A DNA stretch of 53,124 nt from a virus, in IMG/VR virus record IMGVR_UViG_3300014572_000006. One strand, 5' to 3'. The notes beneath the pieces are model-generated. The model did no database searches and was not told where the DNA came from. It saw only the letters and a program-made list of their open reading frames with translations. The position numbers and the translations under genes are program-made. Positions within the stretch are counted from its first letter, which is position 1; the number at the start of each line of letters is the position of its first letter. Shown here one piece after another: positions 31,989-41,211 of the stretch.

Positions 31989-32713
31989 GCTGTAATGGAG
32001 CGTCCGGTCTGGCTCCAAACTCCATCGCGCATGGTGATACCGGCGAGGGTGGCAAAGTCGGCGGTCTTGTTGATGCCTCCGGGCATATCGCCGGACACCA
32101 GATCGTTGAGCAGGTCGATTGCGGCCTCATGGTCGCTCAGGGTGTTGGAGAGGCCGGAAATGTCGCTGATTTCATGACTGTGGCCCAGGAGCGCATATTT
32201 TTCCAGGTCCACCACGCGGGCCAGGGCGTCCGGGTCAATGATGGCCGAAACGCTCGCCGCCGCGCCCACAATGTTGATGATGTTGAAAGTCACCATCTTG
32301 TTTACCGGGCTGCCCTGGGGCCTCATCCACTCCGGCTTGCTCTGGAGGGGAAGATAGGAATAGGCAACGTCTCCATCGCCCTCCGGGTCCTTGATGTAGA
32401 GCATGACGCCTTTGACGTAGAAGCCGGTCTCGACGCCCACGCTGGTAGCCTGGACCACCACCGTAGCCTCGCCGGTGCCGGTGTTCTCGCACTTGGCAAT
32501 CATGGCGTCTCCGGCATATTCAACCGGGGCGGTCAGGTCCTCAACCGCCGTTCCCTCCGGGAGATCGCCGCTGTCCAGCTCCGCTTTTGTGAACTGGATG
32601 CCGCCGCTCCCGGCCATGACTTTGCCCAGGGCGGTGTAGCCGCTGTTGAGCAGCACCGCGCCCTCTTCGCTCTCCGCGATGTCAGGAGAGGCCAGGATTT
32701 CTCTGTTTGGCAT
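31985..32713 (-). CDS. Tail fibre protein with a phage tail-collar-type N-terminal domain
   Basis: LLNSGYTALGKVMAGSGGIQFTKAELDSGD resembles the P2 gpH-like / DUF3751 N-terminus. It follows the baseplate genes. Confidence 0.6.
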   Translation of the reverse strand: MPNREILASPDIAESEEGAVLLNSGYTALGKVMAGSGGIQFTKAELDSGDLPEGTAVEDLTAPVEYAGDAMIAKCENTGTGEATVVVQATSVGVETGFYVKGVMLYIKDPEGDGDVAYSYLPLQSKPEWMRPQGSPVNKMVTFNIINIVGAAASVSAIIDPDALARVVDLEKYALLGHSHEISDISGLSNTLSDHEAAIDLLNDLVSGDMPGGINKTADFATLAGITMRDGVWSQTGRSITA

Positions 32714-32717
32714 GGTA

Positions 32718-33407
32718 TTACCTCGCTTTCATAGATGCAGTTATCGACACGTCCTCCCACACGGCCAGGCCCACATAGCTGCGGGAGGTTGCCGTGCGGA
32801 ATGGGGTTGTCCGGGGTTTCGCCTCAATCTCGTTGTAGATCAGCGCCGGGACCGCGTAATAGCTCCGGGACCGTGCCGTGTGGTAGGTCCGCAGGAAAAC
32901 ACGGGTCCCGACGCCTGCCGCCGCGATGCGCTTCATCAGCTCCGCTATCAGGGGCGCGGCTTCCAGGCGCTCATAGTCCAGGACAGCTTCATCGACATAA
33001 ATCCAGATTTTCGCCGGGAACAGCTCTCGGACCTCTATCTCCGATACGTCCACGTTGAAGAGCGAGGCCGCAGCGGAGATGATGGTGTCGATGTCGCCGC
33101 CGGAAAGCAGCGCAATCATCTTGATTTTGATGAGCAAGCGGTAAAAGGTATCGTCCGCTCCACCGCGAGCGACGCCGAAATTGGCCCCGTAGCGGTCCAG
33201 GACGGACCCTCTGGCATTGTCTATGTCATCCCATAGCTTGAGCCGGTCCGCGTTCTCGTGGATGATTTCAAGGCCCCAGGCAAGGGTCCCGAATAAGCGC
33301 CCGATGTTCGTCTCCATGGGGAGGCTGTGTCGGCTGTTGCGGATGTCCGACCGGGCATAAGCCCCGGTCAGATACTCCAGCATTTGAGACAGGTAGCCGT
33401 AGCTCAT
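32718..33407 (-). CDS. Baseplate/tail protein, XkdT-like (DUF2313-type)
   Basis: Sits directly after the baseplate J gene. 229 aa. The call rests on position and weak similarity. Confidence 0.5.
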   Translation of the reverse strand: MSYGYLSQMLEYLTGAYARSDIRNSRHSLPMETNIGRLFGTLAWGLEIIHENADRLKLWDDIDNARGSVLDRYGANFGVARGGADDTFYRLLIKIKMIALLSGGDIDTIISAAASLFNVDVSEIEVRELFPAKIWIYVDEAVLDYERLEAAPLIAELMKRIAAAGVGTRVFLRTYHTARSRSYYAVPALIYNEIEAKPRTTPFRTATSRSYVGLAVWEDVSITASMKAR

Positions 33408-34594
33408 CAGCTCACCTCCGCAATGGTGATTTTGTCGGTCGAGGTCACGGCCTTTTCCCTGGTGTCAATGACGATGTTCTCTTCCCCGTAGTCACTGGCG
33501 GTCTCGCTGATGCCCAGGTCGAAGTCCACCACACCGGGGACAGACAGGATGACACCGGGCAAGGCCATATAGAGAACGTCCGAGCCGATAGTCAGGCCGC
33601 CCCTCACATCGCCGCCGATGTACTCCACCAGGGCCTCCTTGATGCGGTCCTGCCCATCGCCCGGAAAGTCGCTGTTGGTCTCCAGGTTCTTGATTTGAAT
33701 ATACACGGCAACGGTGGTCGGCCTGGAAAACTTGATATTGATGCTCTGTCCGCTCTTGGCGATGACGGCGATAGAAGAGCTGCCGGAGGTCTGGATGCCC
33801 GCCGCCTTGCGCCGGAAGATGGCCTGCGCGATGTCGGCGTCCAGGCCGCCGTAGACGATGGCCTCAATGCTGTGCGGGGGGAGGCCCAGGGCGTCGGTTT
33901 CGTCGGTGTCGTTCTCGTAGCAGATCGCGGAGTAAACCGCGTCCACGTTCTGCATGATTTCACCGGCGATGGCGTCCGCGTTGACGCCGCCCGCATAGTC
34001 CACGGACTGATAATAGCGGTCCCGGAACTCTTCATCGGTTTCCCGGCCCCGCCCGCCGTCGATGGCTGCCGGGTTCGTGCAGGCGCTCACGCCGTCCATG
34101 GGGTTTGTGATTTCCTTGACCGTCTCGGCGGCCACGTTGTAGTCCGCTCCGGTCTCAACGGCCTGGACCGGCAACGTGACTTTCCCGGTATCGTCGATGC
34201 GGCCGGCGGCCAGGACTGCATACTGCAATCCGGCCACGGTGCGGACCAGGAAGCCCACGGGGATAGGAGTACCGGCGGCGCCGGTGAACTCGACGTAGCC
34301 GGACGCCTTTTGCGCGGGAAGCAGGGACAAGCCGATAGCTTTCCCCAGGTTGTAGAGGCTGGTCCCTACCGCCGTATCAACGAAACGGCTATTGTAGACA
34401 TCTTCCATGAGGCTGAACAGGATGTTCAGCATCCATGCGAAAATCCGTAGGAAGATGCCCAGGGGGGACCGGACGGTCAGGTTGGCCTTGCTCCCGAACA
34501 GCTCCCGCGCCTTGTACTCGATGGCGTCCAGAAGCTCTACGTAAGTAGGCCGGTGGAAGCCGCGCTCGGTCACGCCCCATTCTTGATTGCTCAT
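33407..34594 (-). CDS. Baseplate J-like protein
   Basis: 395 aa. The N-terminal region (TYVELLDAIEYKARELFG...LYNLGKAIGLSLLPAQKASGYVEFTG) is typical of Baseplate_J / gp47. Confidence 0.8.
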   Translation of the reverse strand: MSNQEWGVTERGFHRPTYVELLDAIEYKARELFGSKANLTVRSPLGIFLRIFAWMLNILFSLMEDVYNSRFVDTAVGTSLYNLGKAIGLSLLPAQKASGYVEFTGAAGTPIPVGFLVRTVAGLQYAVLAAGRIDDTGKVTLPVQAVETGADYNVAAETVKEITNPMDGVSACTNPAAIDGGRGRETDEEFRDRYYQSVDYAGGVNADAIAGEIMQNVDAVYSAICYENDTDETDALGLPPHSIEAIVYGGLDADIAQAIFRRKAAGIQTSGSSSIAVIAKSGQSINIKFSRPTTVAVYIQIKNLETNSDFPGDGQDRIKEALVEYIGGDVRGGLTIGSDVLYMALPGVILSVPGVVDFDLGISETASDYGEENIVIDTREKAVTSTDKITIAEVS

Positions 34595-34965
34595 GCTGTG
34601 CTCACCTCCGTAGTGATGGTATTGCCGCTCTGGAGGCGGCCAGTCACAGAGACCTCCAGGCCCCGGCCCACAAGCTCATAGTCCACGGCGCTCACTTCGG
34701 CAACCTGTGGCTCCTGGAAGACGGCGTCCCGAATTACCTCCGGGATTTCGTCATCCTCCAGCTCGCTCCGCTTCTTGCCCATGATGCGCTCATACTCCGT
34801 GCCGTGGGTGGGGTCAAAGGGGAACTCCCCTCGGTAGACCTCCAGCGTCAGCCGGACGGCCTGGGCGGTGGTTTCATCGCCCGATATGGTCTCCAGCGCT
34901 CCGGCGTCATCGAGGATGAGGTCTCTGCTTTCGGGGTCAATTTTAAGGGTCCAGTTATCTTGCAT
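34591..34965 (-). CDS. Baseplate wedge protein (XkdS / gpW-gp25-like)
   Basis: 124 aa, lying between the PAAR gene and the J gene (AQAVRLTLEVYRGEFPFDPTHGTEY). Confidence 0.5.
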   Translation of the reverse strand: MQDNWTLKIDPESRDLILDDAGALETISGDETTAQAVRLTLEVYRGEFPFDPTHGTEYERIMGKKRSELEDDEIPEVIRDAVFQEPQVAEVSAVDYELVGRGLEVSVTGRLQSGNTITTEVSTA

Positions 34966-34968
34966 ATC

Positions 34969-35307
34969 TCACCCTCCGATCAGAACGTCCCCGCTGCCAT
35001 CAGAGACAGCCCCGGTGCCATTGTGGGCGGCCAGGGTGTCCCCGATACGGGCGGCGGGTTTTCCGTTGATGAAGACGCTGCTGCTGCCCTGGGCGATGCT
35101 CCCTTGGCTGCTCCCGCAGCAGGCGTCATTTTCGGTTGTGGTGCTTCCGACATAGGCCGCCGGTCGCCCGTTGATGAAAACGTCCCCGGAGCACCCACCG
35201 GAGATCGTTCCCGTGATAGGGAGGGGACCGTGCGGGGTGGCGTGTCCGTTGTGCTCCCCCGCTGTGGTGCCTTGTATGGCGTCCCCTTGCCGTGCAGCTC
35301 CAGGCAT
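34969..35307 (-). CDS. PAAR-domain spike-tip protein
   Basis: FINGRPAAYVGS and FINGKPAARIGD repeats. Confidence 0.85.
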   Translation of the reverse strand: MPGAARQGDAIQGTTAGEHNGHATPHGPLPITGTISGGCSGDVFINGRPAAYVGSTTTENDACCGSSQGSIAQGSSSVFINGKPAARIGDTLAAHNGTGAVSDGSGDVLIGG

Positions 35308-35321
35308 AGCGCATACCTCCC

Positions 35322-35858
35322 TCAGTTCAGGTTGACCGTTCCGCCGGTAGTGGTCAGGTCCCCGGTGATGGTCACATTCCCCTTGATGTCGATGCCGCTT
35401 GGCGAGATGGACAGGTACACGCCGCCGTCGGATGTCCCCAGGCTCAGGGACCCGGCGGGGAGGCCGGATATGGAGCTGCCGCCGGTGCGGATGCCGCCCA
35501 CAAAGACAGCATCATCCCCGCTGTGCAGGCGCTCGGTGTTGGGGTCTGCCTCCGCACCTCCAGCGATAACGGCGTCACTGTCCCGGTCCAGGTAGACCAC
35601 CACGCCGATGTCCCCGGCCTTGTAGACAGGACGGATGACAAAGCCGCCCCCGTAGATGGTAGCCACGGGGACGGCCAGGACCGGCGGCTTGGTCTGGAAT
35701 GTGTCTTCGTCGGGATAACGGGTGATCGGCTGAACATCGACGGTCAAGGCCGCCTCATCAAAGGCAAGGACCTTTACAACGTCCGCAACGCAAAGGCCCG
35801 CCGCGTCCGCCTGTTTCTTGGCGTCCTCATAGGCTTGCTTTCGGTTTTGTCTCGGCAT
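35322..35858 (-). CDS. Baseplate central spike protein (gpV / Mu gp45-like)
   Basis: 178 aa. OB-like N-terminal part (VKVLAFDEAALTVDVQPI) and a beta-helix-like C-terminus (GNVTITGDLTTTGGTVNLN). Lies upstream of PAAR. Confidence 0.55.
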   Translation of the reverse strand: MPRQNRKQAYEDAKKQADAAGLCVADVVKVLAFDEAALTVDVQPITRYPDEDTFQTKPPVLAVPVATIYGGGFVIRPVYKAGDIGVVVYLDRDSDAVIAGGAEADPNTERLHSGDDAVFVGGIRTGGSSISGLPAGSLSLGTSDGGVYLSISPSGIDIKGNVTITGDLTTTGGTVNLN

Positions 35859-35873
35859 GGTAAGGTCCCTCCT

Positions 35874-36719
35874 TTACGCCGGTTTCATTTCGATGGTGGT
35901 TTTCCAGTTGCCTTTCGGTGTGCCGGTGTGCTTCCCCTTGGCAACGATGAAGCGCCCGTTGAGGCTATGAGACTGGATGACAACTTGCTCAGCCGGTCCG
36001 ATGTGGTAATTGAGCAGGCACTCACGGGTCACATAGTTGCCCTCTTCGCTCTTGGTGGCGCTGCTTTTCTGGCTGTCGCTGCCCACGGCTATGACGGTTT
36101 CCTCAACCTCATTCCCGGACAGCAGCAAGCCGCTCTGAGGGGTAAGGACAAGGCCATTTGCGATGCCCTTAGTCGGGTCATTGATGAAGACGCTCCCGTT
36201 GCGTATAAGGAACCGGCTCTTGCAGTCGTTCACCACAATGCGCTTGAGTTCGTCCTTTACCTTGCCGTTGCACACCAGGCCCCGGTCATAGACCTTGTTC
36301 GTGGCGAGGGAAAAATCCCCGATTTCAACCCCAAAGATATTGAGCAGATCGGAGACAATCTCTTTCGCCGTGCTGCCCTTGGCATAGGTCTTGGAGACCT
36401 TGGAGTTGAGCCATTGGTCCATAGCGGCGGTTGCTGAGATTTCGGTGATCCACTCGGTATTTTGGTGCTTGTGGCTGCAAGCGCTCACTTGGCCGACGAA
36501 GATAGCCCCCACGTCGCCCTCGTAGCCTGCGTTGAGGATGATAACGTCCCCGCGCTTGATACCCTTTCGGGTGCTCTCAGACAGGTTGTAGGCTTTGAAT
36601 TTGGCCGTCTGGATGGTGTCGCTGTCCTCAAAGGGGACCTCAAACTCAAAGTACAGATTGTCCATACTGTACTTCTTGCTCCCAATCTGGAGACTGGCCT
36701 CTCTCATCCAGAAGCTCAT
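35874..36719 (-). CDS. Baseplate hub protein (XkdQ / late control D-like)
   Basis: The ATG at 36719 overlaps the upstream stop (ATGA). Position and size match XkdQ-type hubs. Confidence 0.55.
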   Translation of the reverse strand: MSFWMREASLQIGSKKYSMDNLYFEFEVPFEDSDTIQTAKFKAYNLSESTRKGIKRGDVIILNAGYEGDVGAIFVGQVSACSHKHQNTEWITEISATAAMDQWLNSKVSKTYAKGSTAKEIVSDLLNIFGVEIGDFSLATNKVYDRGLVCNGKVKDELKRIVVNDCKSRFLIRNGSVFINDPTKGIANGLVLTPQSGLLLSGNEVEETVIAVGSDSQKSSATKSEEGNYVTRECLLNYHIGPAEQVVIQSHSLNGRFIVAKGKHTGTPKGNWKTTIEMKPA

Positions 36720-37072
36720 TCCGTTCCCTCCCTGTCGAAGAGATAGAGCTTGACCTCTTCCCCCAGGTTCTCCCACGTCACGGCGTCCACATCGTCCCCC
36801 GTGAGGCACAAGGGAATGATGACCGGCAAAGGAAAGCGCTCATCCTCAATGGGGCCGAACAGTGGCCGCCCGTAGCGGATGGGGTCTCCGTAGGCAAGCA
36901 CTTCGCCGGTGGCCGTCACAGACAGGTCCAGGGTAAAGAAACCGCCGGTGTCGTTGTACCGGATGGTAAAGGAATAGGTCTTGTCGCTGAGTTTCGCGGA
37001 AAAGGTGTAGGGGACCTTGCTCACGTCGATGTCGATATACTCAACCTCTTGCCCAAGGTCAATAAGCTGCAT
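36716..37072 (-). CDS. Hypothetical baseplate/tail protein
   Basis: 118-aa ORF within the tail module; I cannot assign a family confidently. Confidence 0.3.
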   Translation of the reverse strand: MQLIDLGQEVEYIDIDVSKVPYTFSAKLSDKTYSFTIRYNDTGGFFTLDLSVTATGEVLAYGDPIRYGRPLFGPIEDERFPLPVIIPLCLTGDDVDAVTWENLGEEVKLYLFDREGTE

Positions 37073-37078
37073 GGTCCG

Positions 37079-37675
37079 TTACCTCCTCCCGGTGTTGCTG
37101 GGAGTAGCGCGGGACGTTGGCCCCGCGCTACTCTTCGGCTTGCTGTTGAAGCTGTTTACATAGGACATATAGGCGCTGGATGAAATCGTGGTGGAGACGG
37201 TGGTTTTCAGGCCGTCCGCCTTAGTGCTGGAGGTTTGGGAGGAAGACTTCTGCGCCGCCTTGGTGGTTGCCTTGGGCTGTGACGCGGAGGCCGCAGCGTC
37301 CATACCGGCCATAGTAGAGGCCGTTCCACTGTCCACGGAGCTGCCCAGGGTGACTTGCTTTAGGGTGGCCGTGAACGTGAAGCCCCCACGGTTCTTGGCG
37401 TCGTGGGTGCTCTGGAGCTGCTGGATGACAAGGTTGCTGATGCGGTTCCTCCCGGTGTAGGTGATGATGTCGCCGCTCTTCCACATCTTTTGCAGGGCGG
37501 CGATGGTGTCCGCGCCATTGATGGCCGTCCCGCTGATCTGGAAGCTCAACGGCTGAGTAAAAACATGGTCTTGGATATTGGAGCCGCCCTCAACCGGGTT
37601 ATCGGTGATCGTGCTGCTCCGGCTCACGCTCTCGGAGGTCACTACGCCGGTAGTCAGAGGCTCGAAGCGGACCAC
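37079..37675 (-). CDS. Tail protein immediately downstream of the tape measure gene (Dit-like N-terminal domain?) with a Ser/Thr/Ala-rich tail
   Basis: STITDNPVEGGSNIQDHVFTQPLSFQISG resembles Dit-like tail proteins. Confidence 0.4.
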   Translation of the reverse strand: MVRFEPLTTGVVTSESVSRSSTITDNPVEGGSNIQDHVFTQPLSFQISGTAINGADTIAALQKMWKSGDIITYTGRNRISNLVIQQLQSTHDAKNRGGFTFTATLKQVTLGSSVDSGTASTMAGMDAAASASQPKATTKAAQKSSSQTSSTKADGLKTTVSTTISSSAYMSYVNSFNSKPKSSAGPTSRATPSNTGRR

Positions 37676-37717
37676 TCCGCATTTTCTTCCCTCAAGTGTG
37701 TAGATAGTAGCACCCCC

Positions 37718-40210
37718 TTATGCAAAGCCAGCCTGCATAGCGCGGTCCGTGTAGTCCTGGGCCTGGGCCTCTTGGTAAAGCTCATCGAACAGGGCGCGAA
37801 GCTGCTCTTTCAGGTTGGCAACGGTGGAGCTGTCGGCATTACCCGCAATCGTGATTTGGACGCTGGGGGCAAAGCTGACGCTCCGGCTGCTTCGGTTGTT
37901 GGTCGTGTTGTTGGTGTAGGATTTCATCAGGCGGTCAGTCTGGTCCGCCGGAATGATGGCAGAGCCGCCGGGGAGGATGGCAAGCTCGCCGCCCTCTTCG
38001 TTCATCCACGTGGGACCGCCCTCAAAGTTATCCGTGCCTCCGGCGTTGTGCGGGATATTCGCCCCTATCTGGACGTTGGAGGCGTTGCTCGCTTCACGGG
38101 CCGCCGCCGTGATACGGGAAAACTGTGCGACGATGGCGTCCGTGCCGTTGGTGGCTGCGGTCTGCATGGCGCTCCAGGCCGTCTCCGCGTCGGTCTGCAT
38201 GGTCCCATAGGCCGCCGTAGCGGACGCGCCCATAGCCATGAAATTGACGTCGGTTATCTCGGCGGCCTGGTTGGAGCTTTCGGTGACGGCCTCGGTGGTG
38301 GTCTCCGCTGCTCCGGTGACTTCCTCCTTGTACTGCGACGTATCGACCACAAGGGAAGTCTCCTTGCTCGCGGCGTCATCAAGTCCATTGATGGACCCGC
38401 TCAGGTCATTTACCGCCTCTTCACTGTCCTTGGCTCCGCCGAACAGGTTAGAGAAGAAGCCTACGACCTTGCCCACGCCGTCGGCCAGCCAGCCTACCAC
38501 TTTTCCCAGGACCTCAGCGATGACGCCCAGGACATCTCCGATGACCTCAAGCACAGGGCTTACGGCCTCCAGGATGGGGGAGATCAGGCCCAGCAGTTGC
38601 GCGATGGGCGGTAGCAGCGCCTCGGCCAGCTTTTGAATGACCGGCACAAGGGGCTGAATGATGGAGGTATTCAGTGTGTTCAGGATGTCCACCAGGGGCG
38701 GCATGACGGTCTCGGCTATCATGCCTATGATGTCCGCCACAGGCGGTAGGATGGTCTGTGCCAGGTCTCCGAACACTTGCAAGAGTGGGAGGCCGGCCTC
38801 GAACACGGTCCCCAGCACGTCCGTTAGGACAGGCAACAGGGTCATGCCCAGCTCCGTGATGACCGGCATAGCCTGGGCAAGCCCGTTGCTCAGCATATCC
38901 ACGAACTGCATGAGCATCGGCTCTATGGTCGGCCAGCTATCCAGGATGGTGCTGAACAGGCTTTCGATGACCGGCGTAAACCGGCTGCCAGCGTCGGCCA
39001 TGAACTCGCTCCAGATGCCCTTGAGGTCTTTGGTGCTGTTCACCAGGCCGCCGGTGCTGTTGGCCGCCGATTGCTGGATTTTCTCGGTCTGCCCCAGCAG
39101 GGCATTCATGCGGACCTGGGCCAGAGTAGCATCGTCCATTTCGTCTATCTGGTCTCCCAGGCCCATTGAGAGCGCGGTATTTTTCAGGGCCACTTCATCA
39201 ATGTGGATGCCGTACTCTTCGAGCGCCGCATTGTTCCCGCTGATGTAGTCCTGGACCACGCCCAGGGCCTCGGTGTCATCCATGGCAAAGGCGTTGCCGA
39301 AGTCATAGGCAAGGGACGTGGTGGCCTTGGACAGCTCTGCGGCCGCGTCCCCGGTGATGCCCATTTCCCCGTAAAGGGCCTTATTGGACACCATGAAAGA
39401 CTTGACCTCATCGCTGCTCCGGTGGATGGCGTCGGCGTAGTTCTCTGCCCACTCCCCGGCGTCGGTGCCTGAGAAGTTGGCCTCAAACTTCCGGCCCACA
39501 TTCTCAGCGGCCCCGGCTGCTTCGATGGCTGCCGCGCCCAGCTCCTTGAGCATATCAATACCGGCCTGGATTGCCTCAAAGCCGATAAAGGCGGCGAGGG
39601 CGCCCTTGATGGCCTCTTTGATTTCGCCTCCGGCCTTGTCGCCCTCATCCCCCATATCGTCCAGGTCTTTTCGCGCATCGTCGGCCTCATCGCCCACATT
39701 GTTAATCCTGTCGGCGGCGGCCTCCACCGCGCTCAAGAACTTCCCCCGGATGGTGTTTATCGGGTGCGCGAACGCGGTCCCGATGCCCTTTACTCCGGTC
39801 TTCACCTTGCCCGTGAAGTCGGAAAATTTCTTTTGGGAGTAGCCTATGGCCCCGTCAAATCCGGCCTTGATGGTCTTGGAAACGCTATTGGTCTCTTTGG
39901 CCGCAGCGCCCATAGATTTTCCTACGGCAGCACCGAAGCTGTCCGCCTCTCTGCCAATATCCCGGAAGCTGGTGCCCACATCGTCGGCGTCATCCTCCAG
40001 GTCATCCAGGGCGTCGCCTGCATCTCTGGCTCCGTCTCTGATCGCGTCAGTACCGGCGCGGACGCGAGCACCCATATCCTGGGCGGCGTCCTCAACGTCC
40101 TGGGCGCGGTCCACAATCTGCTCCAGGCGGTCTATCGTCTCGCCCAGGCGGTTTATCGCGTCATCCAGGCCAAAGTCCATGCCAAAGGTAAGCTCCCGGT
40201 TGTCTGCCAT
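37718..40210 (-). CDS. Tail tape measure protein
   Basis: About 830 aa, helical and Ala/Gly/Asp-rich, positioned between the chaperone and the baseplate genes. I prefer the ATG at 40210; the track start at 40219 is a GTG. Confidence 0.85.
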   Translation of the reverse strand: MADNRELTFGMDFGLDDAINRLGETIDRLEQIVDRAQDVEDAAQDMGARVRAGTDAIRDGARDAGDALDDLEDDADDVGTSFRDIGREADSFGAAVGKSMGAAAKETNSVSKTIKAGFDGAIGYSQKKFSDFTGKVKTGVKGIGTAFAHPINTIRGKFLSAVEAAADRINNVGDEADDARKDLDDMGDEGDKAGGEIKEAIKGALAAFIGFEAIQAGIDMLKELGAAAIEAAGAAENVGRKFEANFSGTDAGEWAENYADAIHRSSDEVKSFMVSNKALYGEMGITGDAAAELSKATTSLAYDFGNAFAMDDTEALGVVQDYISGNNAALEEYGIHIDEVALKNTALSMGLGDQIDEMDDATLAQVRMNALLGQTEKIQQSAANSTGGLVNSTKDLKGIWSEFMADAGSRFTPVIESLFSTILDSWPTIEPMLMQFVDMLSNGLAQAMPVITELGMTLLPVLTDVLGTVFEAGLPLLQVFGDLAQTILPPVADIIGMIAETVMPPLVDILNTLNTSIIQPLVPVIQKLAEALLPPIAQLLGLISPILEAVSPVLEVIGDVLGVIAEVLGKVVGWLADGVGKVVGFFSNLFGGAKDSEEAVNDLSGSINGLDDAASKETSLVVDTSQYKEEVTGAAETTTEAVTESSNQAAEITDVNFMAMGASATAAYGTMQTDAETAWSAMQTAATNGTDAIVAQFSRITAAAREASNASNVQIGANIPHNAGGTDNFEGGPTWMNEEGGELAILPGGSAIIPADQTDRLMKSYTNNTTNNRSSRSVSFAPSVQITIAGNADSSTVANLKEQLRALFDELYQEAQAQDYTDRAMQAGFA

Positions 40211-40230
40211 TGGCTCCACCCCCTTTCTGC

Positions 40231-40265
40231 AAAAAGTAAAGCAGCGGGGTCACTCGCCCCGCTGC
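40231..40265 (-). terminator. Terminator-like hairpin/attenuator between the chaperone and tape-measure genes
   Basis: Minus strand reads GCAGCGGGG-cgagtga-CCCCGCTGC (perfect 9-bp stem) followed by TTTACTTTTT. Confidence 0.4.
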
Positions 40266-40445
40266 TTGCTCCAGTCTTCGTTGTAGAGTATGCGGGCCTG
40301 TACCGCCTCCTGGTACTCAGCCAGGTCCATGCCCTTGAAGTCGGCATAGCACAGGCCGCCGCCGGTGAAGATGAGGACCCACATATTCCGGTTTCGCTTG
40401 GCCTTTCTGATTGCGCGGTCTACGTTAAGCTCACTCTCGCAGAAA
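40250..40445 (-). CDS. Possible +1 (or -2) frameshift extension of the tail assembly chaperone
   Basis: The +1 frame stays open across the chaperone stop (FCESELNVDRAIRKAKRNRNMWVLIFTGGGLCYADFKGMDLAEYQEAVQARILYNEDWSKQRGE). There is no RBS of its own. A candidate slip site is TTT_C at ~40442..40445. Confidence 0.3.
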
Positions 40446-40700
40446 GGTTTCGATGGCCTTAATCAGCTTCTCCGGGGTCTTGATGTCATCCTTTTCATCG
40501 AAGTAGCTGATGCCGTCGGCCTTGACCTCGGCGGGAGAAATGACCACGTTCTTGAGCATGGTGTCAATGTACTTGGTGGTGTCCCGGCGTCCGCCGCCGG
40601 TCATGCCGCAATCGTCATTGACGCCGAAGTACCAGGTGGGAGAGACGGACTGGAGGGTGTATTCCTCGCCGTTGACGGTGACTTTCTTCTGCTTAGCCAT
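40431..40700 (-). CDS. Tail assembly chaperone (XkdN-like)
   Basis: I prefer the ATG at 40700 (MAKQKKVTVNGEEYTLQSVSPTWYF...). Lies between the tube and tape measure genes. Confidence 0.55.
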   Translation of the reverse strand: MAKQKKVTVNGEEYTLQSVSPTWYFGVNDDCGMTGGGRRDTTKYIDTMLKNVVISPAEVKADGISYFDEKDDIKTPEKLIKAIETFLRE

Positions 40701-40778
40701 AAATTTTCGGTAGCCCCTTTCAGATAGTGATTTTGGTTTGTTCGGCCAGTTGGGATAGCCTTTCATGGGTAGCCCCCC

Positions 40779-41192
40779 TTAGCGGGGGACTACCGACGGT
40801 GCATAGATGTTGACGGTGATCGTGCTCTGCTCCTTATTGCGGGTGAGGTCGGGCATTTTCATTACCCGGCAGTTGTCCGCGCTGAGGGTGAACGCGTCCG
40901 CGTCGTTCACGTCGGAGATCGTCACGTTGACGGCCCGACGCTTCGCCTCCAGCTCCCGAAGATAGGACAGGCTGGAAGACGTGGACATGAGGGTAATAGC
41001 GATGGTGCCGCTCTCGTTGGCGTTCTCGGAGTAGGTCACGTCGCCCTTTGCGCCTACGGCGGGGGTGATGCTGTCCTCGTTCTTGGTGACGGACACGACA
41101 CCATCAGCAGCAAAGCCGGTGATGGTGCGGCCCCCGACAATGACGTTGACCTTTTTAGGGTCATAGCTCGCAACTTCGATGCCTTTAGCCAT
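40779..41192 (-). CDS. Tail tube protein (XkdM / DUF3277-like)
   Basis: 137 aa, immediately after the sheath gene (VNVIVGGRTITGFAADGVVSVTKNED...GTIAITLMSTSS). Confidence 0.6.
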   Translation of the reverse strand: MAKGIEVASYDPKKVNVIVGGRTITGFAADGVVSVTKNEDSITPAVGAKGDVTYSENANESGTIAITLMSTSSSLSYLRELEAKRRAVNVTISDVNDADAFTLSADNCRVMKMPDLTRNKEQSTITVNIYAPSVVPR

Positions 41193-41211
41193 GATGAATT
41201 ACGCTCCTTTC

